A DNA stretch of 64,000 bases from a virus (lineage: Duplodnaviria > Caudoviricetes), in the IMG/VR virus record IMGVR_UViG_3300031555_004710, positions 96,001 to 160,000 of that record; one strand, 5' to 3'. Shown one piece after another: positions 17,781 to 28,133 of the stretch. Made by a program: the position numbers and the translations under genes. The notes beneath the pieces were generated by a model that searched no databases, was not told the DNA's origin, and saw only the letters and a list, made by a program, of their open reading frames with translations. Numbering within the stretch: position 1 is the first letter of the stretch; each line of letters begins with the position of its first letter.

Positions 17781-18508
17781 TTATTATATACACCTCCAAT
17801 TTGAATTCCTCTAGATTTTGCATATGAGAATTCTTCGCTAGAGGCAAACTGATTACAATATATTTTATTGACTAATGCTGGATATTTTTTAAGTAATTCA
17901 TTATGAGTCATTCCACCGTAATTTCCAGTAATATATGGCATATGAACTTCATCATATACACTCTTATTCTCATTAAGGAAATTGGCTTTATGATCATTCA
18001 TTTCTCCAACAAATAATCTTTTCTTATAAGTGTCATTAACAATAATATCACATGAGAAAGGAGCAGCTGATGATACATATTCTTTTGTAAGAGAAATATT
18101 TATTGTACCAATATCTTTATTTGATCTAGGTACATATAACGAAATATTATCATTTTCAGTTCGAATAATATCACTTTTAAAATCTGCTCTAACGTAGTTC
18201 TCGATCATATATTTTGAAAAAATCTTACATGTCTTACGAAATGTATTAGTAATAGTATCCCATGCAAGATAATAATCAGATGCAAAAGTAACTCCAATAT
18301 CAGGAGCAACTAAATATATATTTCTTGCAATGTGATTTTTTACTATATTTATAACGTCCCTATAAAATGCTGGAACTAACGGAATTACTATTAGTACAGT
18401 ATTATATAAATCTGACATACAGTATATTGAAGATTTATATGAAGGATTTGTTAGTGAATATGGCGGACGAAATAATCCATAATATCCACTATGAACAAAA
18501 TTTTGCAT
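17777..18508 (-). CDS. Probable inactive metallo-beta-lactamase-fold (RNase Z-like) protein
   Basis: Overall layout and C-terminal LFVGE / DEVHM..NYGG / KIYCNQF..AKSRG resemble Bacillota MBL hydrolases, but HxHxDH is absent. Confidence 0.4.
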   Translation of the reverse strand: MQNFVHSGYYGLFRPPYSLTNPSYKSSIYCMSDLYNTVLIVIPLVPAFYRDVINIVKNHIARNIYLVAPDIGVTFASDYYLAWDTITNTFRKTCKIFSKYMIENYVRADFKSDIIRTENDNISLYVPRSNKDIGTINISLTKEYVSSAAPFSCDIIVNDTYKKRLFVGEMNDHKANFLNENKSVYDEVHMPYITGNYGGMTHNELLKKYPALVNKIYCNQFASSEEFSYAKSRGIQIGGVYNK

Positions 18509-18549
18509 ATAGACTACCTCCTTTAATAGAATGGTTAAATCTAAGATAT

Positions 18550-18604
18550 TAAAAATCTGTTCCCTGTATATTTATCACAAAATATGTAGAAAAACAGCCA
18601 AATA
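18550..18604. promoter_or_regulatory. Divergent pair of late-type promoters
   Basis: AACAgattttTA (minus, 18550-18561) and AACAgccaaaTA (plus, 18593-18604). Confidence 0.65.
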
Positions 18605-18653
18605 ATTTATTACAACCAATGATTTTTTACATAGAAAGAGGTGTAAAAAGAAT

Positions 18654-21600
18654 ATGACAAATGGTACTCAATCAAATGTATTATATTCGAATGAATTATT
18701 TAAGCAATATATAATGCAAATGTCAACAGGTATAATTTGGAAAAATTTATCAAAAGCATTAGAGAATGAATCAACTGATTTAGTTGATTTATATCTGATA
18801 GAACTTTTTATAAATGCTAATCGTGGACTTCTTAATTTTGATATAATTAAATCATTTCCTAGAAAAATTTTAGAAGAAGTGTTTGTATCTCCTAGTGAAA
18901 AGGAGATGATAGAAGTATATGCAGCAGATAAAAATAAAATACCTGTAGATATGAGAAATAGTGTTGTAAAAGCATATGAAACAGCTTTATCATCATATGA
19001 TACTGAATCTGGATATCCAGTATTCTATACTGAGACAAATGACTATTATAGAATGCTTATGGGACTTCCAAATAAAGATGATAAAGATTTTGTCTATGTC
19101 AATAATTCAAAAACTCCAATTCATGAACTTCCGAGAGTAACAAGACTCGAATTAGAAAATGATGGAATTCTTGAAGATTTAATTAAGAAATACCCAGATA
19201 AAGAATATTTAAAACACATTGGTAGAAAAAGTATAAACCCATTTAAGGCAAGAGTTGCCGATAAATTTGATTTATTGTATCATGATAATTCATCATCCGA
19301 TACATTAGACAGAGATTTTGTTGATACTTATAATAGCGCTAAACAGTTAGCATTACATGTATATTATAGTAAATCATTAAGTAAATCTAATGGTTTATAT
19401 GAGAATTTTTTAGCGATGTCAATTTTATTTATTACAATACAATCAATGCAGTATAAATATTTAAAGGTCGATATTACTAGAGACTTCTACGATATTGAAT
19501 CATTAAAACTTATTTATGATTCTTATGGTATTCCTTTTTATGATGAAATTCCTCTAGAATATCATCGAAAAATTGTAAAAAATATTAATAAATTAATATC
19601 ATATAAAGGTTCATCTCAAGTTTTCTTTGATTTATTTGATATTTTTGATATTGGTTCTATAGATGTGTACCAATACTTTTTAACAAAAACCCATATATTC
19701 GATGATAAAGGAAACCCTAAATTTGAATTTAAAAAAGATGCATCTGGTAATATTATAAAAGATATTAATGGCAATCCAATTTATGATGATAAAGCTAATT
19801 ATAAAATACAATTTTCTAGAGCTAAAATATACGATGACCCAGCATTGGCTGTATCTGATGAAGCAAATGACACAGAATATGAATTAATCACTTCTCAAGA
19901 TCCGTATTGGGTTGATGATGATGAACTTATGTCGAAACTTGCTGGAGAAGATTTTAATTATTTAGAATCTAAATATATTGGTATTCAAACAGTTTTTGAT
20001 TTAATGAAAATAACATATGAAAATGCTTATATTTTTAGAATGATTATTGATAATAGAGAATTAACCGACAATTTAACATTTACTTGGACTGATATCGGTA
20101 TTGAATGCTCTATTTTTGATGCATTTATTTATCTAGCAACACTTTATTGTGCTAGACGAGGATATAAAGGAATAATAAATAAAGAATCATATTTACAAGA
20201 TTTATATTCAGATAGAGAAGTTGCAAAAAATTCAGATAATACTGAACTAGTTAAAAAACTTGATGAAGAAATCAAAAGTATTGAATCTGATGAAAGTATT
20301 AATGGAATACCTGCAGTAATGGATACTCTTGGTTATAATTTTAAAGAAGCAATTAATATAATTAATAATGCTAAATCTAATAGTCCATATATTGCTGAGA
20401 ATCGCGAATTAATTGAATTAATAAGCAGTAATAAGATAACTAATTTAAGTAGTATTGATACAATATACGATAATATTGAGAAAATTAGAAATTTTCTTAT
20501 AAATGGATACACCAATGCAACTACTATAGAAGAATATCATGCATATAGAGATTTGTACAAATCACTTATGGTTTCTAAAGAAATTGAATCTGTATATAGA
20601 AAATTTAAAAGAGATGATAATAATAAAATTGTGTATGATAAATATTCTGGTAAACCATTGTATTCAGATGCGATTCATAGCGATTTTGAATCTGTGTTAG
20701 ATGATATCTCACCGGAGTTAATGGAAAGATATATACTACTAATACCAACCGATGATGCTAATATAGATTATACAGCAATAGATACAGAAATGACTATTGT
20801 CATAGATCAGATAGAGTCGATTATTACAAAATTAAAATATACTTCAATGTCTATTGGATTAGGTAATAGTAATTTAATAGATTCATTATTTAAAATACTT
20901 AACTTTTTTAAATCTGCTAAAGCAGAACTTGTTGGGTATAATATAATATATACCATTACAATGAGAGGAACTAATTTCTTTAAGATGTTAGATAAGATGC
21001 ATAGCTATATTTATGAAAGTGGAAAAGATGATGAATTAAAATTTAAAGAGATTCTTAAGATTGTAGCTGACATATTTTATCATAAACATGAAATAATGTC
21101 TCTAATTGAAGATATAAAAGATAAAGAAACCAGAGTATACCTAGAAGAATATCTTGAATCATTAGATGTACATCTAGTATACGCATTGGAAACTCTCGAT
21201 CATATTTTTAAAGATGATACTTGGTATATTGATTTTATGCATTCTATAAATACTACAGCAAAATTATCATCTAAAATGATTCTAGAAGATATTTCTAACT
21301 TATCATTAACGTCATTAGATATATTAGAACCTAGACATTTTGGTTTGCTTATAGATAATATGGTTATACTAAAAGATGCATTATCATTAGACCCATCGTT
21401 AATTAATACATATAATATTCTAGATATTATAAAATCTATCGATAAATTGTATCGTAGTATAGTTACTTCTAATGATAAATCTTTATCAAGTACATTAAAA
21501 ATTGATAGTGATAAAGTAATATCAACCGAAAGTACTTTGACTATAAATGATAATATCAATGATTCATATGAATCATTAATGATATTATGTAATTTTATAA

Positions 21601-21791
21601 AAGATGAAATTAGTAAATATTCCGATAATATAACATATAATGAATTTATAACTAATATGAGACGCGATAATCAATATATTATTGATATCTCTACATTAAT
21701 GAATGAATATATTGAGAAGATAGATACATCAATAGTTGTGGACAGTTTATTCGAATTTAACTCTAATGGAGAAATGATATTGATTAAATAA
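18654..21791 (+). CDS. Large virion structural protein (baseplate wedge-like)
   Basis: 1045 aa; YYRMLMGLP and SYGIP..KNINKLISYKGS segments recalled from jumbo-phage baseplate proteins; late promoter. Confidence 0.6.
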   Translation: MTNGTQSNVLYSNELFKQYIMQMSTGIIWKNLSKALENESTDLVDLYLIELFINANRGLLNFDIIKSFPRKILEEVFVSPSEKEMIEVYAADKNKIPVDMRNSVVKAYETALSSYDTESGYPVFYTETNDYYRMLMGLPNKDDKDFVYVNNSKTPIHELPRVTRLELENDGILEDLIKKYPDKEYLKHIGRKSINPFKARVADKFDLLYHDNSSSDTLDRDFVDTYNSAKQLALHVYYSKSLSKSNGLYENFLAMSILFITIQSMQYKYLKVDITRDFYDIESLKLIYDSYGIPFYDEIPLEYHRKIVKNINKLISYKGSSQVFFDLFDIFDIGSIDVYQYFLTKTHIFDDKGNPKFEFKKDASGNIIKDINGNPIYDDKANYKIQFSRAKIYDDPALAVSDEANDTEYELITSQDPYWVDDDELMSKLAGEDFNYLESKYIGIQTVFDLMKITYENAYIFRMIIDNRELTDNLTFTWTDIGIECSIFDAFIYLATLYCARRGYKGIINKESYLQDLYSDREVAKNSDNTELVKKLDEEIKSIESDESINGIPAVMDTLGYNFKEAINIINNAKSNSPYIAENRELIELISSNKITNLSSIDTIYDNIEKIRNFLINGYTNATTIEEYHAYRDLYKSLMVSKEIESVYRKFKRDDNNKIVYDKYSGKPLYSDAIHSDFESVLDDISPELMERYILLIPTDDANIDYTAIDTEMTIVIDQIESIITKLKYTSMSIGLGNSNLIDSLFKILNFFKSAKAELVGYNIIYTITMRGTNFFKMLDKMHSYIYESGKDDELKFKEILKIVADIFYHKHEIMSLIEDIKDKETRVYLEEYLESLDVHLVYALETLDHIFKDDTWYIDFMHSINTTAKLSSKMILEDISNLSLTSLDILEPRHFGLLIDNMVILKDALSLDPSLINTYNILDIIKSIDKLYRSIVTSNDKSLSSTLKIDSDKVISTESTLTINDNINDSYESLMILCNFIKDEISKYSDNITYNEFITNMRRDNQYIIDISTLMNEYIEKIDTSIVVDSLFEFNSNGEMILIK

Positions 21792-21877
21792 TACAATTAT
21801 ATTTAGTAAAAACAAAATAATTAATTATAACGAATAATCAACAACTAATTTTTGAAGAAAGTGAGGTACATTTAAAT

Positions 21878-22708
21878 ATGAACCCTATTAGAATAAATGA
21901 TTTTATGGTAAGTAATGATGATCTCGTTATTACAAATAAGATAAAAACAGAATGTGCTGCACCTCATGGAAGATTATTTCAGGTTTTAGGTGTAGATAAT
22001 GGACGTAGAGTAGTTAAAGAAATTGCATGTAATACCGTTGTTGTGGGTGGTGCTATAACAGCTTTAGAAAATCTTACAGGAGCAACTGCTAACTGGAAAC
22101 CTAGCACATTAAATGCTACTTATGGTATAAATGCGCCAGTTGCAAGTGGAACTCCAAAATTAGCATTATTTGGCATAGGTAAAGGTAGTGCAAATCTTGA
22201 CTTTGGTTCATATGTAGATCCAAATGTTAAGCAAAAAGATATCTTAGATCCAATTCCATTAAGATACTGCGAAAGTGTTACTGGCGATGATGCAAGTAAA
22301 TACTTTATGAAAGTTAAAAATTCTGATGGTATTACAAATAGTTGGTATTTAAAACAATTTTCTTCCACACCTATAATAAAAACATGCTGGAAAAATTCAG
22401 TTAATGATGAAACCGGTACAGAAATTTTATCTGGAGATATTCATGAAAGTCAGAATACTGAAGGAATTGAAACATTTACAGAACTTCAGATAGATATGAA
22501 TACTTTTGATGGAAGAGAATATTTTGAAGCAACTGGAAAACTTAAAGAAGCTAGATATAATACATTTGGTTTTTATACAGGATCATACGATCCAAAAACA
22601 AATGAATATGCTGATGTTAGATTATATTCAGCAGTTGCATTTAATAATAGAGGTTTAGATTTATCATCAAAATCTCAGTTTATCTATAGAATATATAGTT
22701 TAATTTAG
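21878..22708 (+). CDS. Virion structural protein (baseplate / tail-fibre attachment)
   Basis: NTVVVGG..LFGIGKG..PIPLRY..YLKQF..YRIY; follows the large baseplate gene. Confidence 0.55.
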   Translation: MNPIRINDFMVSNDDLVITNKIKTECAAPHGRLFQVLGVDNGRRVVKEIACNTVVVGGAITALENLTGATANWKPSTLNATYGINAPVASGTPKLALFGIGKGSANLDFGSYVDPNVKQKDILDPIPLRYCESVTGDDASKYFMKVKNSDGITNSWYLKQFSSTPIIKTCWKNSVNDETGTEILSGDIHESQNTEGIETFTELQIDMNTFDGREYFEATGKLKEARYNTFGFYTGSYDPKTNEYADVRLYSAVAFNNRGLDLSSKSQFIYRIYSLI

Positions 22709-22730
22709 GTAAAATAAATTTTTATAAGTT

Positions 22731-22765
22731 AAAAAAGAAGAAATCAAATTGATTTCTTCTTTTTT
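22731..22765. terminator. Bidirectional terminator
   Basis: aaaaaagaagaaatcaa-a-ttgatttcttctttttt. Confidence 0.75.
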
Positions 22766-22799
22766 ATTTCTTGAATTATTTATGAAATTCATTGTAATA

Positions 22800-23999
22800 T
22801 TAATCTGCTGTACATATATCTTCTTCATTTAATTGACCTGCACACATTATTATTTTTTCAAAATGTTGCATATTAAATATTGATGCATTTACATACGGGA
22901 TAGTAAATCCGGCAGCTTCTTTATGTCCTCCACCACCAAATATCTTAGCTATATTAGAAACATCTATTTCAGGTTTATTGGAATATATTGACACTTGGTT
23001 ATTAGACACAACTGCACAGAAATCTAAATCAGTATTTCTTTCAAGTGTTGTATTTGCTATTACTGGACTGGATTTTTCTGCAAAAATTACACCAATTTCA
23101 TAATCGAGTTCATGAACTTTTCCATCTTTATAGATGGTATATTTGAATGGAGTTCTAACCATTCTACGTATAGCAGATTCGACATATTTTTCATTTTTAT
23201 TCTGCTCAAGTTCTAATACCTTTGTAATCCATGTATAGTTACCATTTGATTGAGTAAGACATTCCCAATTAGGAGAGTATAAATATTCTCTTATATAAGA
23301 TTTAAACTCATCACGGTCCATAATATGGAAGAGAGTATTTAGTCTAGGAGCATCAAAGTATGTCATATCAATTTCATTTATTGAATCATTTCTGGTATTC
23401 CAGAATTCGAATGTGTCATAGACTCTAACGCATTCGACAAAATAAGCAATGGCTTTACGAATATTTTGATTATGAATCAATGAATATACTTTATCATTTC
23501 TAATAAAGTTGTAGTAAAGCTCGGTTGCGCATGTTAGTTTATTTTCGCGAATTGGGCTCTTCTCAGTAACAGTAAAATTACTAGGAAGATCTGCAACTTC
23601 GCATAGATGATGGTCAAATACTTTAACTTTATTTCCTTTAGGATGAGCATTTATCATATCAACAAGTTTTTGATTAACCGCTAAGTCTGTAATGACCACC
23701 AAATCATAATTATCTATATTATTGAAAGTCTCTTCCATTTCAGCAGATAATTTATTAGGTAATATATTAGCAGTTTCAAGTGTCATTGCGCCATCAGGAT
23801 AGAAATGCATAAGAATTTCTGAAAGTATAGTTGAACCATATCCATCAAGGTCTAGGTGACTAATATGTTTCATTCTTAATAAAGGTGAAACTGGTGGTTC
23901 TGGCTCATCTAAACTCTTATTCATCGCCTCAATTAATTTTGCTTCATCGATAGAAATATTTTCGACTTGGTTATTTTGCAAGTTTGTAGTATTTTCCAT
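22800..23999 (-). CDS. DHH/DHHA1 phosphoesterase (NrnB-like)
   Basis: SHLDLDG, ITDL, FDHH, CAT, GGGHKEAAG motifs. Confidence 0.9.
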   Translation of the reverse strand: MENTTNLQNNQVENISIDEAKLIEAMNKSLDEPEPPVSPLLRMKHISHLDLDGYGSTILSEILMHFYPDGAMTLETANILPNKLSAEMEETFNNIDNYDLVVITDLAVNQKLVDMINAHPKGNKVKVFDHHLCEVADLPSNFTVTEKSPIRENKLTCATELYYNFIRNDKVYSLIHNQNIRKAIAYFVECVRVYDTFEFWNTRNDSINEIDMTYFDAPRLNTLFHIMDRDEFKSYIREYLYSPNWECLTQSNGNYTWITKVLELEQNKNEKYVESAIRRMVRTPFKYTIYKDGKVHELDYEIGVIFAEKSSPVIANTTLERNTDLDFCAVVSNNQVSIYSNKPEIDVSNIAKIFGGGGHKEAAGFTIPYVNASIFNMQHFEKIIMCAGQLNEEDICTAD

Positions 24000-24113
24000 A
24001 TAATTTCATCTCGCTTTCTTAATTATACTTTAATTCATTGTACATTGTCTAATAAATTAAAAATAATTACAGAATATCCAATTATGGATATTCTGTAATT
24101 ATATTAAAATATT

Positions 24114-24566
24114 TTACTCTTCTACAGCTTCTTCTTTAGTTTCAGGTTTCTCCTTAATCATAAGATCAAAGATTGAATTAACCGGTGCTGCTGTAATTGC
24201 TAAGGTCATTCCTTCAGGAATTATAGCATAGTTTCCGTATGCTTTAGCAAAGTCTGCTACGATAGTCGTTACAAGATCAGTAGGGATCTGTTCACCATAT
24301 TTTTCAGTAATCATTTCTGCAGTCATTGCACCAGCACCACCACAAGAAAGTGCAAAGTCAATAAAAGGTTTCTTTAATAAACCTAAAATTGCCCCATTTT
24401 CAAAATTTTCCTGAGAAGGATATGTTACAATATCAAGATGAGTAGCATCATCAATTACTACGCTAGTTGTAACACCATCTTTTATTTGCATTTTATTTGC
24501 AAGATGATTGTCAACCATTTCATTTTTCATAACTAAAGCCATGATTAAATACCTCCTTAAATTCAA
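24114..24566 (-). CDS. Hypothetical protein
   Basis: Likely start MALVMK (24542) after RBS aggagg; terminator at 24063-24100. Confidence 0.75.
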   Translation of the reverse strand: MNLRRYLIMALVMKNEMVDNHLANKMQIKDGVTTSVVIDDATHLDIVTYPSQENFENGAILGLLKKPFIDFALSCGGAGAMTAEMITEKYGEQIPTDLVTTIVADFAKAYGNYAIIPEGMTLAITAAPVNSIFDLMIKEKPETKEEAVEE

Positions 24567-24696
24567 TACTTATTTAATTCATAATAATTATAATATTGTA
24601 TTCATATAAATAGAAATTAAAAGTATTATTTAAATGTTAAATTTAATTGTTATATTAAGGACAATTATATAATTTTATTACTAATGTACTATAATT

Positions 24697-25419
24697 ATGA
24701 AAGGATGTGCTATTATGCAAGACCCATTCAACATAATTATGATAATAATGTATTTCATATTTATATTACTAATAGGCTTTCAATATCTTAAACGTAAAAA
24801 TCCTAATATATCTCATGATAAAGAATATAGAATTAATGAAAGAAATGATTCGGTGTTGGGTATTCCATTAAATCTTATTAGAAATCAATATTTCCCATAT
24901 GATAAATTACCAGATAGAGATTTCTATATCACGTCTTTCATGCAGGAAGTATTTAATATTTTTCTAAAACTTTCACCAAACATGATATCTACTCTATCTA
25001 AGGTAGAACGTCGAATGGTTGGGTTAAAGGTTGCAATTGATAATCCTATATCTAATGATGAGCATATAAAATCTGAAATAGAATATCTAGATAATATTTT
25101 AGATGAAATGGTAAAGGTTTCTCATTCCATGATAGAAAAGCTCGAAGAGCACATCTTAGATGATCAACCTAATCAAGTAAAAGTATATCTGAGTAAAGAT
25201 ATGGTTCAATTATATATGAATGCAGTAAATCTATTGATGGATTTAACTGATAATCATGCTATGCTGAATTATGAAATTCATGGAAAACTAGTAAACAGTT
25301 ATCCAGACTTAGTAGAACCATTCAGAATTATTTCTGGAAAAGTAACGTATTTATTTTTTATAAATCTTATTAGTTATAGTAACAAAATAGATGAGAATCT
25401 ATATTTATCTGATGAATAA
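24697..25419 (+). CDS. N-terminally anchored membrane protein
   Basis: TM helix FNIIMIIMYFIFILLIGF; GACA-N6-TA at 24660. Confidence 0.75.
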   Translation: MKGCAIMQDPFNIIMIIMYFIFILLIGFQYLKRKNPNISHDKEYRINERNDSVLGIPLNLIRNQYFPYDKLPDRDFYITSFMQEVFNIFLKLSPNMISTLSKVERRMVGLKVAIDNPISNDEHIKSEIEYLDNILDEMVKVSHSMIEKLEEHILDDQPNQVKVYLSKDMVQLYMNAVNLLMDLTDNHAMLNYEIHGKLVNSYPDLVEPFRIISGKVTYLFFINLISYSNKIDENLYLSDE

Positions 25420-25434
25420 ACTACATCTTAAAAA

Positions 25435-25764
25435 ATGAAAGGAGCATACAAAATTATGACTAACGAAGCACTTCAAGCAATGATTGATGAATTTGGTGAA
25501 AGAATATCTATTATTATCTTTGATAATAATTTTAAAGTATATATTGGATATCCTTCATCTACAATAAAAAGTGTAAATGAGATTCAATTCAAGAAATTTG
25601 GAGATACTGATATGATAGGAATTCCTAAAAAATGTAGTAATCCAAAAATGGATAGAATGGGTGTTAGTACTACAATATGGCATCCTACTGAATGTATACA
25701 GTATATTGCTACTCTTGATGAAGGCTTTGAAAACTTCCGTATTGATCCAATGGAGATCGGATAA
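25435..25764 (+). CDS. Hypothetical protein
   Basis: 109-aa ORF; likely start MTNE after aggag. Confidence 0.75.
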   Translation: MKGAYKIMTNEALQAMIDEFGERISIIIFDNNFKVYIGYPSSTIKSVNEIQFKKFGDTDMIGIPKKCSNPKMDRMGVSTTIWHPTECIQYIATLDEGFENFRIDPMEIG

Positions 25765-25788
25765 AAAAATGAATTAAATTTTTTATCG

Positions 25789-25804
25789 TATATTATTAAT
25801 ATGA
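25789..25804 (+). promoter_or_regulatory. Early-type promoter
   Basis: TATATTATtaataTGA. Confidence 0.65.
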
Positions 25805-25923
25805 ATAAGTTGATATTTTATTTAAGTTATGAATATATAGTGTAGATTTCTATATTTACAGTAATATAAAAATAACAAATAGAATATCAACTTGTTATTA
25901 TTTATTATTTATAAAGAAAGGGT

Positions 25924-26412
25924 GTGTTAGCTATGGCAAATTCACACAAATCGTTAGTCACACAGATTCAGGCAGATGAGAAATTATTGCTTGCAAATCG
26001 TCGTGCAATGGATAAGGTCCAGCTTCAGTTTCAGTGCAAATGTGCACACAGAGACTCGAATGGTAGTTTCGCTTTAAGCGTACCTTCAGGTCAGAATCCT
26101 AAGAAATCTCAGTTTACAGGAGCGCCTCTGTACAGATGTCGTGTTTGTAAGAAAGAACTCGATATTTCAAACATATCTGAAGATGAATTTAATAAAGCTT
26201 TAGACCTTATTAACAGAGTATGTGACCTAAGCAAAATGTATCTTGATTTACGTAGTGAAAAAGATCAGGAAACATTAAAAGCTTTTAGTAAATTACAATA
26301 TCGTATGAACTCAATGGTTCCAGATGCATATAAGACTATCCGTAAAGGCGGTCATAAGAAGAAGAAGGGTAATAATAACCCAATGAGTGGAATGATTGAA
26401 GTTAGTCGTTAA
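25924..26412 (+). CDS. Zn-ribbon protein
   Basis: CKCAH..YRCRVC; basic C terminus. Confidence 0.7.
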   Translation: MLAMANSHKSLVTQIQADEKLLLANRRAMDKVQLQFQCKCAHRDSNGSFALSVPSGQNPKKSQFTGAPLYRCRVCKKELDISNISEDEFNKALDLINRVCDLSKMYLDLRSEKDQETLKAFSKLQYRMNSMVPDAYKTIRKGGHKKKKGNNNPMSGMIEVSR

Positions 26413-26519
26413 AGAATAAATAATGATTGTGAGCGCGCGCAATTATTATCAGATTATACTATAGGAGAAAGTTAATGCTTTCTCCTATATATTTATTTTT
26501 AGAAAGGACTTGTAGAAAA

Positions 26520-27521
26520 ATGAGTAATGTAGTAGAATTCCCTAATAAGGAAAATGATGTAAGAAACGAAATTGTTAAACAGAATGAAAATTTCATTGCT
26601 AGCATTCGTGAGAAAATGAAAAATGAATATGATGCTCTTTTAAGAACTCAAAATGAAACGGCTATTCAAATGGGTAGATCAGTTCAATTTATTGTAAATT
26701 CTGTAATTGCTGTACTTAGTAAAACATTTATAGAATCTCCTGAAATGAACGAAAAGATATCTGCTCCATATTTTATGAATCACTGTATGCAATCAGTAAA
26801 TGCTATCCTTGCAGGAGGAGTTATATCCCCAATTACTGGATGTGATGAGGAGTGGGTTGATACAACAGTCCCTGAAGATGTTGGTCAAGAATTTAAATGT
26901 ACTTATCGTGGAAGAGAGTATTCTGTAAAAATAGAATCTGTTCAGGTAAATAAACGTTATCCTAAAATTTTCCGTTTAAATAACGATAATAATCTTGCAC
27001 ATAGAATTGATTTCTTCCAGTTCCATGATGCAACTAATCCAGAACATATACATCTCACAGAAGATTCAATAAGATTTATAAAATTCCCTTATTCAATGCA
27101 GTCCGCACATTCTCAGTGCATATTAGAAGATAATAAGATATCCGATTATCTTGATTTTGATTATGATGAAATTGTGAATGGATTAGTTTATATTGATCAG
27201 ACAAATGATGATCCAAATAGCTATATCGTAGCTCCAAAGATTCCATTTAATGCTTTGGAAGGATTTGGAATCGATGTTGAAGATGAAGTTAGTGAATATC
27301 TTAAAATCATGAGTGGTACTGACGGAGATTTATCCGTATTTGATGAAGATGACAATTATCCAGACTACGATGATGATTTTGATGATGATGATGAAGATAA
27401 TATGGATCTTAACGCATTTGGTAGCCCTCTACCTAATGAAGATTTTGATGAAGACGAAGGTAGCACATTATATGATACAGTTGGCAATCCTCTTCCAAAT
27501 GTGAATATAGATGAGGAGTAA
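26520..27521 (+). CDS. Hypothetical protein with long acidic, repeated C-terminal tail
   Basis: Start MSNVVEF after aaagga; ISPITGCDEEW; Asp-rich tail with two G(S/N)PLPN repeats. Confidence 0.75.
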   Translation: MSNVVEFPNKENDVRNEIVKQNENFIASIREKMKNEYDALLRTQNETAIQMGRSVQFIVNSVIAVLSKTFIESPEMNEKISAPYFMNHCMQSVNAILAGGVISPITGCDEEWVDTTVPEDVGQEFKCTYRGREYSVKIESVQVNKRYPKIFRLNNDNNLAHRIDFFQFHDATNPEHIHLTEDSIRFIKFPYSMQSAHSQCILEDNKISDYLDFDYDEIVNGLVYIDQTNDDPNSYIVAPKIPFNALEGFGIDVEDEVSEYLKIMSGTDGDLSVFDEDDNYPDYDDDFDDDDEDNMDLNAFGSPLPNEDFDEDEGSTLYDTVGNPLPNVNIDEE

Positions 27522-27523
27522 TT

Positions 27524-27769
27524 ATGCCAGATAATAATTTACCATATACTCACGTAAGTGAAGAATTGAATAAAATAATCACTGAATTAATGAATGATTA
27601 TAATAATCTTTTATCTAAAGCAAAGAGTTATGGTCTAGATATCAAATTTGCTCCAGATAGTAAAAATAGTCTAGAATTATATTTTAACGATGATTATCCA
27701 GATACAATTCTTGTTGATAAGTTTTCATCGTGTGATAGAGGTGAACATAATCATGCATCTAACAATTAA
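27524..27769 (+). CDS. Small hypothetical protein, tandem paralog 1
   Basis: ELMNDYNNLLSKAKSYGLDIKF..LELYF. Confidence 0.75.
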   Translation: MPDNNLPYTHVSEELNKIITELMNDYNNLLSKAKSYGLDIKFAPDSKNSLELYFNDDYPDTILVDKFSSCDRGEHNHASNN

Positions 27770-27938
27770 AGAAAGATTGACAGAACTTATGTCAGATTAT
27801 AGAGATCTTGTTACTAAAGCAAAGAGTTATGGATTTGAAATAAAAGTTGCCAAATCCGATGATGGTAACTTAGATCTATACTTTTATGTAGATGAATCTA
27901 TTGCTGATGAGTTAGAAGAAGGTTTTATATCCAATTAA
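27753..27938 (+). CDS. Small hypothetical protein, tandem paralog 2
   Basis: Start MHLTIK after gaggtga; ELMSDYRDLVTKAKSYGFEIKV..LDLYF. Confidence 0.75.
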   Translation: MHLTIKERLTELMSDYRDLVTKAKSYGFEIKVAKSDDGNLDLYFYVDESIADELEEGFISN

Positions 27939-27940
27939 TT

Positions 27941-27974
27941 AAAAATAGAGAATGAATATTCATTCTCTATTTTT
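27941..27974 (+). terminator. Perfect 34-bp palindrome / terminator
   Basis: aaaaatagagaatgaat|attcattctctattttt. Confidence 0.75.
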
Positions 27975-27995
27975 TTGTATTCGATTTATATTTGA

Positions 27996-28042
27996 TATAT
28001 TATTAAAGTGTAAGTATCTATACTCACGCAAACAATTATTTA
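27996..28042 (+). promoter_or_regulatory. Early- and late-type promoters in tandem upstream of gyrB
   Basis: TATATTATtaaagTG (27996) and AACAattattTA (28031). Confidence 0.6.
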
Positions 28043-28133
28043 GCTTTAAATAGAAAGGATGATGATTAATTATTACTGAATTAAAGCTAAATTTACAAGT
28101 AAATTATATTAAAATATAAAGGAGGTCTATATT

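Noticed and set aside
27340-27400. gat-trinucleotide microsatellite
   Set aside because: Explained by poly-Asp coding in an acidic tail.
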